A stretch of DNA of 57,933 nt from Mageeibacillus sp. UBA5747 (lineage in GTDB: Bacteria > Bacillota > Clostridia > Saccharofermentanales > UBA5734). Position numbers and translations under genes: made by a program. Within the stretch, counting starts at the first letter, position 1; each line of letters starts with the position of its first letter. The notes below the pieces were generated by a model that did no database searches, was not told the origin of the DNA, and saw nothing but the letters and a program-made list of their open reading frames with translations. Positions 38,509 through 48,049 of this stretch are shown here, in pieces. The stretch covers positions 1 through 57,933 of the forward strand of contig DIFN01000035.1 in NCBI GenBank assembly GCA_002419145.1, read 5' to 3'.

Positions 38509-38887
38509 GGTCTATTCTCCAGGGATCTGATCCGGCAGGGCCGGCCGGTTCAAGGGTCAGGCTTTCAATGTAAAACTCCTTGCCGATCGCCGTGGGGTGG
38601 CCGTTGACCCCGCAGGTCGGGCAGGCAAAGGTGAAGGGGCGTCGTTCAAAGTGCAGGCCGCAGGCTGGGCACTGCAGCTGGGGCCGGATGTGCCGGATCT
38701 TAAGCACAGCTCCGGCACAGAGGGTATTTTCCGCGATCAGGTCAAAGTACAGCTGGATGGTATCCCCGACATAGCCGGCATCATCTCCCACGACCAGGTC
38801 AATAGCCCGGACCTTGCGCTGGCCATGGCTGGCGGCTTCACGGCAGGCGACCTGGACGATGCGTTCGGTGATCGGGTACTCATGCAT
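38495..38887 (-). CDS. hypA: Nickel chaperone HypA
   Basis: MHEYPI N-terminus, CPAC and CPTC Zn motifs, GKEFYIESL. Confidence 0.96.
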   Translation of the reverse strand: MHEYPITERIVQVACREAASHGQRKVRAIDLVVGDDAGYVGDTIQLYFDLIAENTLCAGAVLKIRHIRPQLQCPACGLHFERRPFTFACPTCGVNGHPTAIGKEFYIESLTLEPAGPAGSDPWRIDHVPI

Positions 38888-39215
38888 GGAAGGTGTCAAC
38901 CACCTTGCCCGGCGCTGGGCGGGTATACTGCTGGTCCATGTTAAGGCACTTTTTCGGGCAGACTTCGACACAACTGTTGCACTGGATGCACCGCATGCGT
39001 TCAATCGACCATCCCTTGTCGGCCTTGGTCACCGTGATTGCATGCGTCGGGCATTTGCGGTCACACAGGCCGCAGAATATGCACTGCTGGATATCGATCT
39101 CAATATGGCCGCGAGTCCGGTCGAAAGGCTTACGTGCGGTAACCGGATACAACCGCGTCGCTGGTTTCGATACCAGGTTTTTGAATATGGTCTTGGCAAA
39201 AGGTACGAATGCCAT
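38880..39215 (-). CDS. echF: Ech hydrogenase subunit F (2x[4Fe-4S])
   Basis: KPATRLYP, CIFCGLCDRKCP and CIQCNSCVEVCP. Confidence 0.95.
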   Translation of the reverse strand: MAFVPFAKTIFKNLVSKPATRLYPVTARKPFDRTRGHIEIDIQQCIFCGLCDRKCPTHAITVTKADKGWSIERMRCIQCNSCVEVCPKKCLNMDQQYTRPAPGKVVDTFHA

Positions 39216-39220
39216 GGTGC

Positions 39221-40300
39221 TTACCTCTCCGTACAGCTGATGCAGGGATCGATGGTCAGGACCTGCAACGGAACATCGGCCAGCTCGGAGCCAGGCAGGA
39301 TTTTCAGGAGTGACGCCAGATTGGCAAAGGTTGGTGTACGGACCCGCATCCGGTCGAGGAATTTGCTGCCATTGCCACGGGTATAATAGATGACCTCACC
39401 GCGCGGTTGTTCAAGCCGGGCAAAAAATTCGCCATTGGGCGTGCCGGTCACTTTGATGTCGATCGCACCCTGCGGCATGCGCGTAAAGCACTGGCGGATC
39501 AGGTCAATCGATTGGAGGATCTCCTCGGCCCGCACCACGCAACGGGCATAACCGTCACCTTCCGTCCGGACAACAGGTGAAAAGTCGAGCTGGCCATAGG
39601 CTGCATAGCCGAGTAAGCGGCTGTCATAGGCAATGCCGCTGGCCCGCATCATCGGTCCGACAGCTCCCAGCAAGTGGGCATCTTCCTTGCTCAGAAGACC
39701 GACGCCGACCAGACGATGGCGCACCGTGGGGTCGTTGAAGAAGGTGTTGTTGATTTCCCGGATCCCACTTTCGACCTCTGCCAGCGTATCAAGAAAGCGC
39801 TTTTCCTGTTCGGAATCAATATCTTTGCGGACACCACCAATCTTGCAGACTGAAAAGATGACGCGGCCTCCGGTGGTCAGGTCGAACAGGTCGAGCACCA
39901 GCTCGCGCAGGCGCCAGCTCTGCATGAAGAGGCTTTCAAAGCCGAAGGCGTCTGCCAGAAGGCCGAGCCACATCGTATGGCTGTGAATGCGCGACAGTTC
40001 CGCCCAGATGGTACGCAGGAATTTCGATCGTTCGGGAATCTCCAGATTCATGATGCCTTCGACTGACTGGCAATAACCCATGCCATGGATGAAAGAACAG
40101 ATGCCACAGATCCGTTCGGCGACATAGACATACTCCTGAAAATCTTTCTTCTCCACCAGTTTCTCAAGACCGCGGTGAATGAAGCCAATCGAGGGAATCG
40201 CCTCGATGACGCGCTCATCCTCGAGCACGAGGTCGAGGTGGATGGGTTCTGGCAGGACCGGGTGCTGGGGTCCGAAAGGGACAATCGTTCGCTTGCCCAT
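39221..40300 (-). CDS. echE: Ech hydrogenase large [NiFe] subunit
   Basis: PFGPQHPVLPEP, L1 motif ERICGICS, L2 motif DPCISCTER at the extreme C-terminus. Confidence 0.97.
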   Translation of the reverse strand: MGKRTIVPFGPQHPVLPEPIHLDLVLEDERVIEAIPSIGFIHRGLEKLVEKKDFQEYVYVAERICGICSFIHGMGYCQSVEGIMNLEIPERSKFLRTIWAELSRIHSHTMWLGLLADAFGFESLFMQSWRLRELVLDLFDLTTGGRVIFSVCKIGGVRKDIDSEQEKRFLDTLAEVESGIREINNTFFNDPTVRHRLVGVGLLSKEDAHLLGAVGPMMRASGIAYDSRLLGYAAYGQLDFSPVVRTEGDGYARCVVRAEEILQSIDLIRQCFTRMPQGAIDIKVTGTPNGEFFARLEQPRGEVIYYTRGNGSKFLDRMRVRTPTFANLASLLKILPGSELADVPLQVLTIDPCISCTER

Positions 40301-40302
40301 GG

Positions 40303-40674
40303 TTATGCCTCCTTTTCAGTCTGGCCAGCAGACGGCGCGAAAGGAGTTTTCTGGGCGATCCGGTAGAAATTGCCCTGATAGTCGAGATTGATGTCTGTAA
40401 AAAAGACCCCGAACAGATCGTGGATTTCATTTTCATAAAAGGCTGCACCCGGAAAATAGGTGCTGATGCTCGGCAGCATGTCGTTGCGCTCCAAGACAAG
40501 CCGGATTGTGTTCAGGGCTCCACCAAGGACCAGCGAGTAATTCATCTCGATCCGGTCATCCTTGAGGGTCGTCGCGTGCATCTGGACCAGGCGGTAGTTT
40601 TCACCGCGGCATTGCTGGATCAGGGGCAGCAATTCAGCCAGGGTCAGGTTAATGATGCGTTGTTCGTCTTTCAT
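40303..40674 (-). CDS. echD: Ech subunit D (NuoC-like)
   Basis: LPSISTYFPGAAFYENEIHDLFGV. Confidence 0.93.
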   Translation of the reverse strand: MKDEQRIINLTLAELLPLIQQCRGENYRLVQMHATTLKDDRIEMNYSLVLGGALNTIRLVLERNDMLPSISTYFPGAAFYENEIHDLFGVFFTDINLDYQGNFYRIAQKTPFAPSAGQTEKEA

Positions 40675-41123
40675 ACTTGGCGGCGCGCCTCCTTGCGGTC
40701 TTTTTTCATTTGAGCCGATTTCTGGTCGAGCAAGGCAACTGCCTGGACCACGCCATCGATGATCGCTTCCGGCCGGGCGGCACAGCCTGGGACATAAATA
40801 TCAACTGGCACAATCTTGTCGATCCCACCTATGATGTTGTAGCATTCGCGGAATATGCCGCCAGACGTGGCGCAGATTCCGACCGCAACGACCACCTTGG
40901 GATTTGGCATCTGCTCGTAGAGCTGCAAGATGACTGGCCGGTTCTGTTCATTGACTGAACCGGTGACCAAGAGAATGTCGGCGTGCTTGGGATTGCCGGT
41001 ATTGATCACACCGAAACGCTCGACGTCATACAGCGGCGTCAGGCAGGCCAGGACCTCGATGTCGCAGCCATTGCAGCTGGATCCATCGTAATGGAGAATC
41101 CAGGGGGATCTTGAAACTTTCAT
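40671..41123 (-). CDS. echC: Ech small subunit C
   Basis: SPWILHYDGSSCNGCDIE, GNPKHADILLVTG, GICA, YVPGCAARPE. Confidence 0.96.
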   Translation of the reverse strand: MKVSRSPWILHYDGSSCNGCDIEVLACLTPLYDVERFGVINTGNPKHADILLVTGSVNEQNRPVILQLYEQMPNPKVVVAVGICATSGGIFRECYNIIGGIDKIVPVDIYVPGCAARPEAIIDGVVQAVALLDQKSAQMKKDRKEARRQV

Positions 41124-41139
41124 TCGTTTACCTCACACA

Positions 41140-42021
41140 TCAGGAATGCAGGGACAGGATCAGCAGGTTGAGCATGCCTGCTACGGCAGCAACCAACCAA
41201 GATCCAATCACAACGACCGGCCATTTGACACGGGCAAACGTATTGTCAATGACGATTTCCAGAAAATAGACCAGCACGGTCACCCCCAGTCCGATCAGGA
41301 CCCAGGTCAACGACTGGCTGGCAAAGAACAGGAAGACCATGCCCAGGAGCAGGATGGTTTCGTACCAGTGGGCGATCTCGACCAGGGCCAGGTTCTTGCC
41401 GGCAAATTCGGTAGTCAGGCCCTTGACGATTTCCTGGTGACCATGGTGGGACGTGCTCAAGTCGAAGGGGGATTTCCGAAACTTGATGGTCAGAATGTAA
41501 ACAAAGGCCAGAAAAATACCGGGGAGTTTCAGAATGGCTGGCTGGGCAACCTGGACCAGATCGCTGACCACAAAGGTGCCGGAGGCAAGGTAGAAGCCGA
41601 CAGCCGTCAGCAGAATGGCCGGCTCGTCGGCAAGCATCATCAGAAGCTCCCGGTCAGCTCCGATGATGCTGTAAGGTGAATTGACGACATTGGCCGCCAG
41701 GACCAGGAAAATACCAGCCAGGGTGAGGGCAAAGATGGTCAGCAGCAAGTCACTGCCGAGGAAAAAAATCGCACCGGTGAACACGGAGAAAACGAGGTAG
41801 ATCAGGACAAAAAAATTCTGGGAGTGATTGATGACCGCCGTCTCTTTCTGCCAGAGTTTGGCGATGTCGTAGAAGGGCTGCAGCAGAGGCGGGCCGACTC
41901 GGCCCTGCATCCGGGCCGTGATCCGGCGATCGATACCATTGATCAGGCCAGCCAGAAAGGGCCCGGCCACCAGATAGAGAAGCAGCGCAAGGATCTTGAT
42001 TTGTGTTTCCGTGAGCATCAC
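41140..42021 (-). CDS. echB: Ech membrane subunit B (NuoH-like)
   Basis: DRRITARMQGRVGPPLLQPFYDIAKL, KSPFDLSTSHHGHQEIVKG, FARVKW. Confidence 0.95.
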   Translation of the reverse strand: MMLTETQIKILALLLYLVAGPFLAGLINGIDRRITARMQGRVGPPLLQPFYDIAKLWQKETAVINHSQNFFVLIYLVFSVFTGAIFFLGSDLLLTIFALTLAGIFLVLAANVVNSPYSIIGADRELLMMLADEPAILLTAVGFYLASGTFVVSDLVQVAQPAILKLPGIFLAFVYILTIKFRKSPFDLSTSHHGHQEIVKGLTTEFAGKNLALVEIAHWYETILLLGMVFLFFASQSLTWVLIGLGVTVLVYFLEIVIDNTFARVKWPVVVIGSWLVAAVAGMLNLLILSLHS

Positions 42022-43925
42022 AGGTTGCCTCCGATCAGATAGGCTGACAGCACGAGCATAAAAGCGGCAGTCAGGTAGATCGTGTTCATCAGGAGAACCT
42101 TTTCACCCAAATAGCGGTTCAGGTACCAGTTAGACATGAAGACCTTGGATTCGCCTCCGAAGGAGTTTGTGAAATTGCGATTGTCACCGCGGTTGATGCC
42201 CGACATGTAGACGGATGTGATCTTGGTGTCCATGCCGGAAAACAGGCGCAAGCCAAAAGGAAGGATGGCAATCATCGCCAGCATCAGGAGCATGATGACC
42301 TGGTTGCCGCCACTGATGATGTCCACGGGCGTAACAGCAAAGGTGTCCACCAGGTAAGGAACGACAATCCGGCTCGAAACGATGGGGAATGTGATGCAGA
42401 GTATGACGACCAGGGCAGCATGGATGAAAAGAGCGACCCATTCGAAGGTGTCAATCTTGCCCTCGAAGGTCGATTCATGGTGGAGCACAGCCACCAGGCG
42501 GGACAGCCATTTGGTCCAGTACATCAGCGTTGCAGCACTGCCGTAGGCCAGGAGCAGGACCACATAGAGATTTCCGGAATCGATGAAGGCCTTGAGCGCT
42601 GCCCATTTGGCGATCAGCATGCCAAACGGGGCGAGGAACATACCGGCAATGCCAATAACCATGACCAGGCCCAGACTCGGCGCCTTGACGACCAGACCGT
42701 GCATATCCTCGATGTCACGGCTGCCCAAGGATTGTTCGGTTGTGCCGACCGCCAGGAACAGAAGGGATTTGGATACGGCATGGAACAGGATCAGCATCAC
42801 TGCCGCCCAGAGGGATTCATAGGAGCCGATACCGGCACAGACAACAATCAGACCCAGGTTGGCGATGGTGGAATAAGCCAGGACCTTCTTGGCATCGGAT
42901 TGAGTGATCGCCAGCAAGGAGGTGGACAGGAAGGTCACACCCCCGAGGACGATGACCAAAAGGCCGGCATAGTTGCCTGCTAAAAGGGGACTGATCCGGA
43001 TCAACAGATAGACACCTGCCTTAACCATTGTCGAAGAGTGCAAGAGGGCTGAGGAGGGCGTCGGTGCCACCATGGCTCCCAGCAGCCAGCGCGAAAAGGG
43101 CATCTGGGCCGATTTCGTCAGGCCGGCGATCGCCAGCAACGTGGCCGGCACGATCAGCTTGGCAGAACCAACCAGATTCAAGATGACGGTCAGTTCAGTC
43201 GCACCAAACTCGACCCCCAGGTAAACGATGGCCAGGATGAAACAGACACCGCCCAGCAGATTGAGATTGAGGGCCCGCAAGGCATTCGTCTGTGCCTCCG
43301 GCGAATCTGGATAGCGGATCAGAAGATACGAGCACAACGTGGTCAGTTCCCAGAAAAAGTAAATCCAGACCAGGTCATTGCTGAGCATGATGCCATACAT
43401 CGCGGTCAGGAAGGCAAACAGCAGGGCCAGGAATTTCTGAATCCGCTCAGGCTGCTCGGGATGATGGTGGTGGTGCTTGTGCATGTAGGGCACACTGTAC
43501 ACGATGATCAGGCTGCCCACAATTGAAATGATCGCAATCATCATCAGGTTGAGTTTGTCGATGAAAAGATGGTGCGACATTTCACCGCTGCGATGGGATC
43601 CGCCGAGCTCAAACCAGACCAGGGCCACGGTCTGGATCACGGAGAAAATGACAATCAGCGGCTGTTTGCGTCTGATACCGATGCTGATGATGTAGCCAGT
43701 CATCACAAGTTCGATGCCCAGCATGACCAGGTTGATCCATTCTGAACGGACCAGATAGTAGATGGTGGGATCTGCATAGTACTGGAACACCGTCGCCAGG
43801 GTACCGCCAATCAGTAGCACCGAGGCGACCGTTGCCAGGACCTTCTGGGCGGTCTGATTACGGACCAACAGCATCAGGATCGCAAAAACCAGAGGGACGA
43901 TCATGAGGCAGAGGATGTTTGTCAT
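42018..43925 (-). CDS. echA: Ech membrane subunit A (antiporter-like)
   Basis: FFWELTTLCSYLLI, TKSAQMPFSRWLLGAMVAPTPSSALLHSSTMVKAGVYL, KKVLAYSTIANLG; GAGGAG RBS at MTNIL. Confidence 0.96.
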   Translation of the reverse strand: MTNILCLMIVPLVFAILMLLVRNQTAQKVLATVASVLLIGGTLATVFQYYADPTIYYLVRSEWINLVMLGIELVMTGYIISIGIRRKQPLIVIFSVIQTVALVWFELGGSHRSGEMSHHLFIDKLNLMMIAIISIVGSLIIVYSVPYMHKHHHHHPEQPERIQKFLALLFAFLTAMYGIMLSNDLVWIYFFWELTTLCSYLLIRYPDSPEAQTNALRALNLNLLGGVCFILAIVYLGVEFGATELTVILNLVGSAKLIVPATLLAIAGLTKSAQMPFSRWLLGAMVAPTPSSALLHSSTMVKAGVYLLIRISPLLAGNYAGLLVIVLGGVTFLSTSLLAITQSDAKKVLAYSTIANLGLIVVCAGIGSYESLWAAVMLILFHAVSKSLLFLAVGTTEQSLGSRDIEDMHGLVVKAPSLGLVMVIGIAGMFLAPFGMLIAKWAALKAFIDSGNLYVVLLLAYGSAATLMYWTKWLSRLVAVLHHESTFEGKIDTFEWVALFIHAALVVILCITFPIVSSRIVVPYLVDTFAVTPVDIISGGNQVIMLLMLAMIAILPFGLRLFSGMDTKITSVYMSGINRGDNRNFTNSFGGESKVFMSNWYLNRYLGEKVLLMNTIYLTAAFMLVLSAYLIGGNL

Positions 43926-43965
43926 AAAACATCTCCTCTCTGTTGTATTTGATAACCGAATAGAA

Positions 43966-43994
43966 ATTATAGACCCATTTTTTTGCAACTACAA
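43966..43994 (-). promoter_or_regulatory. Candidate sigma-A promoter of ech
   Basis: TTGTAG-N17-TATAAT (perfect -10, weak -35), 40 nt before the echA start. Confidence 0.6.
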
Positions 43995-44054
43995 TGAAAG
44001 GAAAGGGTGAATGGACTCAGCAAATACGTTTACGAAGGAACGTTAACGTTTCCG

Positions 44055-44072
44055 GTGTGAAACTTTTCACAA
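44055..44072. promoter_or_regulatory. Rex-type operator
   Basis: TTGTGAA-AAGT-TTCACAC (minus strand) versus Rex consensus TTGTGAA-N4-TTCACAA; 13 of 14 positions match. Confidence 0.8.
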
Positions 44073-44136
44073 GTTACACAAACAGTGGTTCGTTCCATAC
44101 AAGTTGCCTGGTTTATGAGGCCAATCCTCGCTGCTT

Positions 44137-45696
44137 TCACTCGATCATGGCATCAGCCAGAGCGTCCAGCAAGGTGCCGTTGTCCTGGGTGATCTGCCAG
44201 AACATCGCACCACCCAGACCACGATCCTGGATGTAGTTGACCTTCCAGTCAACCGACTCCGGATCGTCATAGCTGATGAAGGTTGAGCCATCAAACAACC
44301 AAGGCACTTTGGCCTGGGGATGGAAATAACGTTTATAGTTGGGGTTGGTCAGATATTTCTCAGCAATATCCTTGTACGAAATCGCCCAGCCACCGCTGTA
44401 GGTCTGATACCAGCCATTCTGATCAGAGCTGTTTACTTGGGTGTATTTCATGCCATAAAAAGGGATGCCAACGACAATTTTCTCGGCTGGCATGCCGGCG
44501 TTGAGCCAAAGATTGACCGTCTTGTCGACCGACCAGTTAAGTTGCTCAACCGTTGACCGGTCCGGGGGATACAAAGGTGCGTTAAAATCAGTCCGGACAT
44601 CCCAGGTACCATGCATGTCATAAGTCATCAGGTTGGCAAAATCGACCATCTCGCCCAGTTCGCCCAGTTCGGTGTTCTTGATGTACGTCGTATAGCAGCC
44701 ACCGGCAAAGGTCAGCAAATAGGATTTTCCATCAGCCGCCGAGCGCTCATCCAGTTTCTGGCGCAGTGTTTTTATCAGCAGGGTGAAATTCTCCCGGTCT
44801 TCCGGCCGCCTCACATTGTCTGAGGCGCCGCCCTGAACAGGATATTCCCAGTCAAGATCGACCCCGTCAAAGCCGTGTTCAATCACGAAAGCCACGCAAC
44901 TGTCGGCAAATGTCTTGCGCGATTCCTCGGTCAGAGCTGCGTCGGAAAAGCGTTCTGACCAGTCCCAGCCACCGACAGCAATGAGCGTTTTCAAATCTGG
45001 TTTTTGCTTTTTCAACTGGCGGAGCGCGGCAAAATTCTGAGGATCATATTGGGGGTACCCCATGATGATCTTGTTGTGAGAATCGATCTTAGCAAAGGCG
45101 TAGTTGATATGGGTCAGCTTGGATACATCGATTTGGTCCGGGTCAAATCCTTCGGCGCTTTTCCAGCCGGCAAAATAGCCGACAATCCTCGCTGTTGAAG
45201 AGGCTGCCCGGACCGGTGCAACCGGAGCAGGCGTCGGGGTCGGCACGGGTGTCGGCGTGGGCGTGGGTGTTGGCGTGGGCGTTGGAGTGGGTGTTGGAGT
45301 GGGTGTGGCCGTGGGCGTGGGTGTTGGAGTCGGGGACGGCGTCGGACTGGGTGTGGGGGTTGGAGAAGGCGCCGGTGATGGGGTCGGACTCGGGGACGGC
45401 GTCATGGCACTCGTGCTGGTCTGGCTGGGAAGCGATGTGATGTCAGAAACAGCCGCTGGCGCTGACTGCACTGGTTGACTGGCAGGTGCTTTGACCAGTT
45501 TTCGTGCAAAATCGGCCCGGCTGGCATAATCCTGGACCATCGGGAATCCAATGATCACACAAGCCAGGATGACAACAAAAACCAGACCCAGCCCGAGACG
45601 CTTCAGTCTACGCATTTGTCTGGCTGGCCGCATGGCGAGAGGAGCACTTTCCCTGTGCGGCAGGGATTCATTTCGTTCCTGTACGGTCTTTTTCAT
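44137..45696 (-). CDS. Membrane-anchored GH18 glycosidase (chitinase-like) with Pro/Thr linker
   Basis: Basic N-tail, TM ([18 protein letters not shown]), PT repeats, LTHINYAFA, catalytic [31 protein letters not shown]. Confidence 0.92.
   Translation of the reverse strand: MKKTVQERNESLPHRESAPLAMRPARQMRRLKRLGLGLVFVVILACVIIGFPMVQDYASRADFARKLVKAPASQPVQSAPAAVSDITSLPSQTSTSAMTPSPSPTPSPAPSPTPTPSPTPSPTPTPTPTATPTPTPTPTPTPTPTPTPTPVPTPTPAPVAPVRAASSTARIVGYFAGWKSAEGFDPDQIDVSKLTHINYAFAKIDSHNKIIMGYPQYDPQNFAALRQLKKQKPDLKTLIAVGGWDWSERFSDAALTEESRKTFADSCVAFVIEHGFDGVDLDWEYPVQGGASDNVRRPEDRENFTLLIKTLRQKLDERSAADGKSYLLTFAGGCYTTYIKNTELGELGEMVDFANLMTYDMHGTWDVRTDFNAPLYPPDRSTVEQLNWSVDKTVNLWLNAGMPAEKIVVGIPFYGMKYTQVNSSDQNGWYQTYSGGWAISYKDIAEKYLTNPNYKRYFHPQAKVPWLFDGSTFISYDDPESVDWKVNYIQDRGLGGAMFWQITQDNGTLLDALADAMIE
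45223..45402 (-). repeat. Degenerate 6-nt tandem repeat encoding a ~60-aa (P-T/S)n linker
   Basis: ACGCCC/ACACCA/ACTCCA-type units inside the GH18 CDS. Confidence 0.9.
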
Positions 45697-45857
45697 ATGA
45701 GCGCTGCCATTTCTATGGTCTCTTGTCCGCCCCATTCAGTGGAAAGGGGTCTGCTGACTCCCATGTGACCAAGCATGCTTAGCATACCAAAGCCATGTTT
45801 CAGATGGATGACCAACACCGCTACAATTCAGTTGCAGGATACCTGAACATCCAGATT

Positions 45858-45886
45858 TTGCCTTCACCAGAATTCTATACTATGAT
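45858..45886 (+). promoter_or_regulatory. Candidate sigma-A promoter of mscS
   Basis: TTGCCT-N17-TATGAT, 32 nt before the ATG. Confidence 0.55.
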
Positions 45887-45918
45887 GTTGGACAGATTCG
45901 TTTTCACAGGAGATCGTC

Positions 45919-46740
45919 ATGGCACAAGAAATCCTCGCTCAAGTCAAAACATTTGCCACAACAACTGGCCTGAATCTGGTTCTGGCCTTGCTTCTGGTGA
46001 TCATCGGCTACCAGCTGATCCAATTCATGTCCAAACGGATGGGCCGCTCACCCGCCTTTTCCCGGATAGATCCCGGAGCTCAGAGCTTCATCCGCAGCTT
46101 TCTCAAAATCGTCCTGATCGTCATCCTGATCCTGACCGCCGCCAGCATGATTGGCGTCCCGATGACCTCGATCCTGGCCTTACTCGGTTCAGCAGGCTTG
46201 GCCATTGGTCTGGCATTGCAAGGCGCCCTGGGCAACCTCGCAGGTGGTCTGATCATCCTGATTTTCAAGCCCTTCCGGGTCGGTGACTATGTTGACACCA
46301 AGGATGGATCCGGAACCGTGCGCGAAATCAATGTGTTTTACACCATCCTCGTGACGCCCGACAACCAGATCATCACCCTTCCCAACTCTATTTTGACCAA
46401 TGCGGCCATCACCAATTACTCCAGCGAAAAAACTCGCCGCCTCAATCTGGAAATTTCTGTTGGTTATACGTCAGACATCGAACTCGTCAAACAGGTTTTA
46501 CTTGAACAGGTCCAGAACCATCCCGCTGTCCTGTCAGAACCTGAGCTGCCTTTCTGCCGCCTGGTCCAGCACGGGGATCATGCACTCGTCTTTGCCCTGA
46601 GGGCCTGGTGCCTGACTGAGAATTATTGGACAACCCGCTTTGACATCCTGGAGAACGTTAAAATTGCCATGGACGCGCATGGTATTGAAATCCCCTATCC
46701 ACAGCGTACGATCCATCTGCTCCAGAGCAAGGATGTTTAG
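45919..46740 (+). CDS. mscS: Small-conductance mechanosensitive channel
   Basis: LGSAGLAIGLALQGALGNLAGG, FKPFRVGDYV, DNQIITLPNS, IEIPYPQRTIH. Confidence 0.96.
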   Translation: MAQEILAQVKTFATTTGLNLVLALLLVIIGYQLIQFMSKRMGRSPAFSRIDPGAQSFIRSFLKIVLIVILILTAASMIGVPMTSILALLGSAGLAIGLALQGALGNLAGGLIILIFKPFRVGDYVDTKDGSGTVREINVFYTILVTPDNQIITLPNSILTNAAITNYSSEKTRRLNLEISVGYTSDIELVKQVLLEQVQNHPAVLSEPELPFCRLVQHGDHALVFALRAWCLTENYWTTRFDILENVKIAMDAHGIEIPYPQRTIHLLQSKDV

Positions 46741-47156
46741 GACAATCCGACCCAAGTAATCACTTTCGGTCCAAAAATTTGCAGGCCGACGATCACGGAA
46801 CCAATGGCCGTGACCAGGACTGCGCCGGCTGCCAGGTCTTTGATCTGTTTAGCCAGAGGATGATATTCCGGTGTGACCAGATCCACCATCCGCTCGAGTG
46901 CGCTATTGAGACATTCAGCTGACAAAACCAGCGTCATGCAAATCGTCAGGACTGCACCTTCGATCCCGCTGACCTTGAAAATGACGCCCGCAACGCTAAC
47001 CACAAGGGCGGCCAGCAGCTCAATGGTAAAGACTCGCTCATGGAGAAAGGCGATCCAGATACCTTCTGCCGCATAACGGAAACTGTCAGCCAGATGCTTG
47101 TTCCTCAGATGGGATTTCAGAGACGGACGATGATGCTTTTTCTGTGGAATATTCAT
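46737..47156 (-). CDS. dgkA: Diacylglycerol/undecaprenol kinase family protein
   Basis: SFRYAAEGI..HERVF, VLSAECLNSALERMVDLVTPEYHPLAKQIKDLAAGAVL. Confidence 0.93.
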   Translation of the reverse strand: MNIPQKKHHRPSLKSHLRNKHLADSFRYAAEGIWIAFLHERVFTIELLAALVVSVAGVIFKVSGIEGAVLTICMTLVLSAECLNSALERMVDLVTPEYHPLAKQIKDLAAGAVLVTAIGSVIVGLQIFGPKVITWVGLS

Positions 47157-47377
47157 GCCTCAGACCTGCTTTCTCAGGCTGCCAGATCCATGATCTTGAG
47201 CGAAGATGCATTGAACCAGCGTTTAAGCTGCTCAGATGTGCCATGCGTGAAACGGTCCGGTTCCGCATCGACAGCACCGGAACAGATTGGACCATGGCCC
47301 CGGGAGAAAATGAGGCCAGCTCCTCTTCGCAGATGCCTGATCCCATTTTAGAACTTTTGCTGCACCAAAAGAACCGC

Positions 47378-47406
47378 TTGCCAGTCAGATTTATTAATCT
47401 TAAAAT
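47378..47406 (+). promoter_or_regulatory. Candidate sigma-A promoter
   Basis: TTGCCA-N17-TAAAAT, 40 nt before the ATG at 47447. Confidence 0.6.
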
Positions 47407-47446
47407 CAATCTGATATCAAAATGTCCTGCAAGAGGAGGTACCGCG

Positions 47447-48049
47447 ATGAGTCGAATCAAACAAAACGCCAAAAGCAAGGGTCCTCTGGCCCGCATCCTG
47501 ATTTCACTGCTTGGCGTGGCCATGATCCTTCTCGGCGTCAGTCGTTTTGCCCTGTTTTTCGTAGGCGAAACCACCTCAGCCGATGTCAATACGCGTCGGG
47601 TTGGCGGCGCAGATAATCAATATCCGGCCGACAGCCGCTATGAATGGTCGATTGACTACACGTTTACCGATGCGGATGGTGAAATCCATAGCGGACATAC
47701 CACCCGCCGTGGTGGAGACATGGGCGTTAAAGTTGAAAGCATGGTCTATTACTGGCCGTCTGCTCCTTTCATCAACGGCCTGAGAAGCGAAGTGGAGCCC
47801 AACCTGGGCCAGCTGGTCTTAGTCGGACTGGGCATTTTACTGATTGTACTCATGAACCGAAAGTCCAGCCGTCAGCCCGTACGGCTATCCGTGCCACAGT
47901 CCCACGAACCCCAAATAGATGACTATGACGATTCAGTGGAAGAACAGTTTCATCAGTCTGCTTCGGGCACCCATTTCTGCGCCGAGTGCGGCACACCCCT
48001 CTCTGCCAATGCCCGATTTTGTCCCACATGCGGCACGGCTGTGAAATGA
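47447..48049 (+). CDS. Two-TM membrane protein with C-terminal zinc ribbon
   Basis: GAGGAGG RBS before MSRIKQ; two hydrophobic segments flank a beta-rich loop; acidic DDYDDSVEE; CAECG..CPTCG. Confidence 0.85.
   Translation: MSRIKQNAKSKGPLARILISLLGVAMILLGVSRFALFFVGETTSADVNTRRVGGADNQYPADSRYEWSIDYTFTDADGEIHSGHTTRRGGDMGVKVESMVYYWPSAPFINGLRSEVEPNLGQLVLVGLGILLIVLMNRKSSRQPVRLSVPQSHEPQIDDYDDSVEEQFHQSASGTHFCAECGTPLSANARFCPTCGTAVK

Noticed and set aside
39221-41123. Selenocysteine or read-through in the hydrogenase subunits
   Set aside because: All metal-ligand positions are ordinary Cys codons and no in-frame TGA is needed.
173-43695. Numerous long plus-strand ORFs in the track (e.g. 9042-10094, 15508-16449, 36914-37909)
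   Set aside because: They are antisense shadows of well-supported minus-strand genes in GC-rich DNA, with no RBS or recognisable motifs.
45223-45402. Tandem repeats as a CRISPR array or mobile repeat
   Set aside because: They are degenerate 6-nt coding repeats for a PT linker, with no spacers or cas genes.
45835-45865. GGCAAA plus hairpin upstream of the GH18 gene as a second c-di-GMP-I aptamer
   Set aside because: The loop is not GNRA, ACGCAAA and the receptor are missing, and the bases are explained by the mscS -35 box on the other strand.
47228-47235. CUGAGCAG upstream of dgkA as a NiCo riboswitch
   Set aside because: The other conserved junction sequences and the four-way junction are absent, and the gene context does not fit.
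47144-47446. 100-aa N-terminal extension of the zinc-ribbon ORF, and overlapping ORFs 47040-47351 and 47086-47589
   Set aside because: A strong RBS and promoter point to the ATG at 47447; the extension overlaps dgkA and its upstream region and has no motif.
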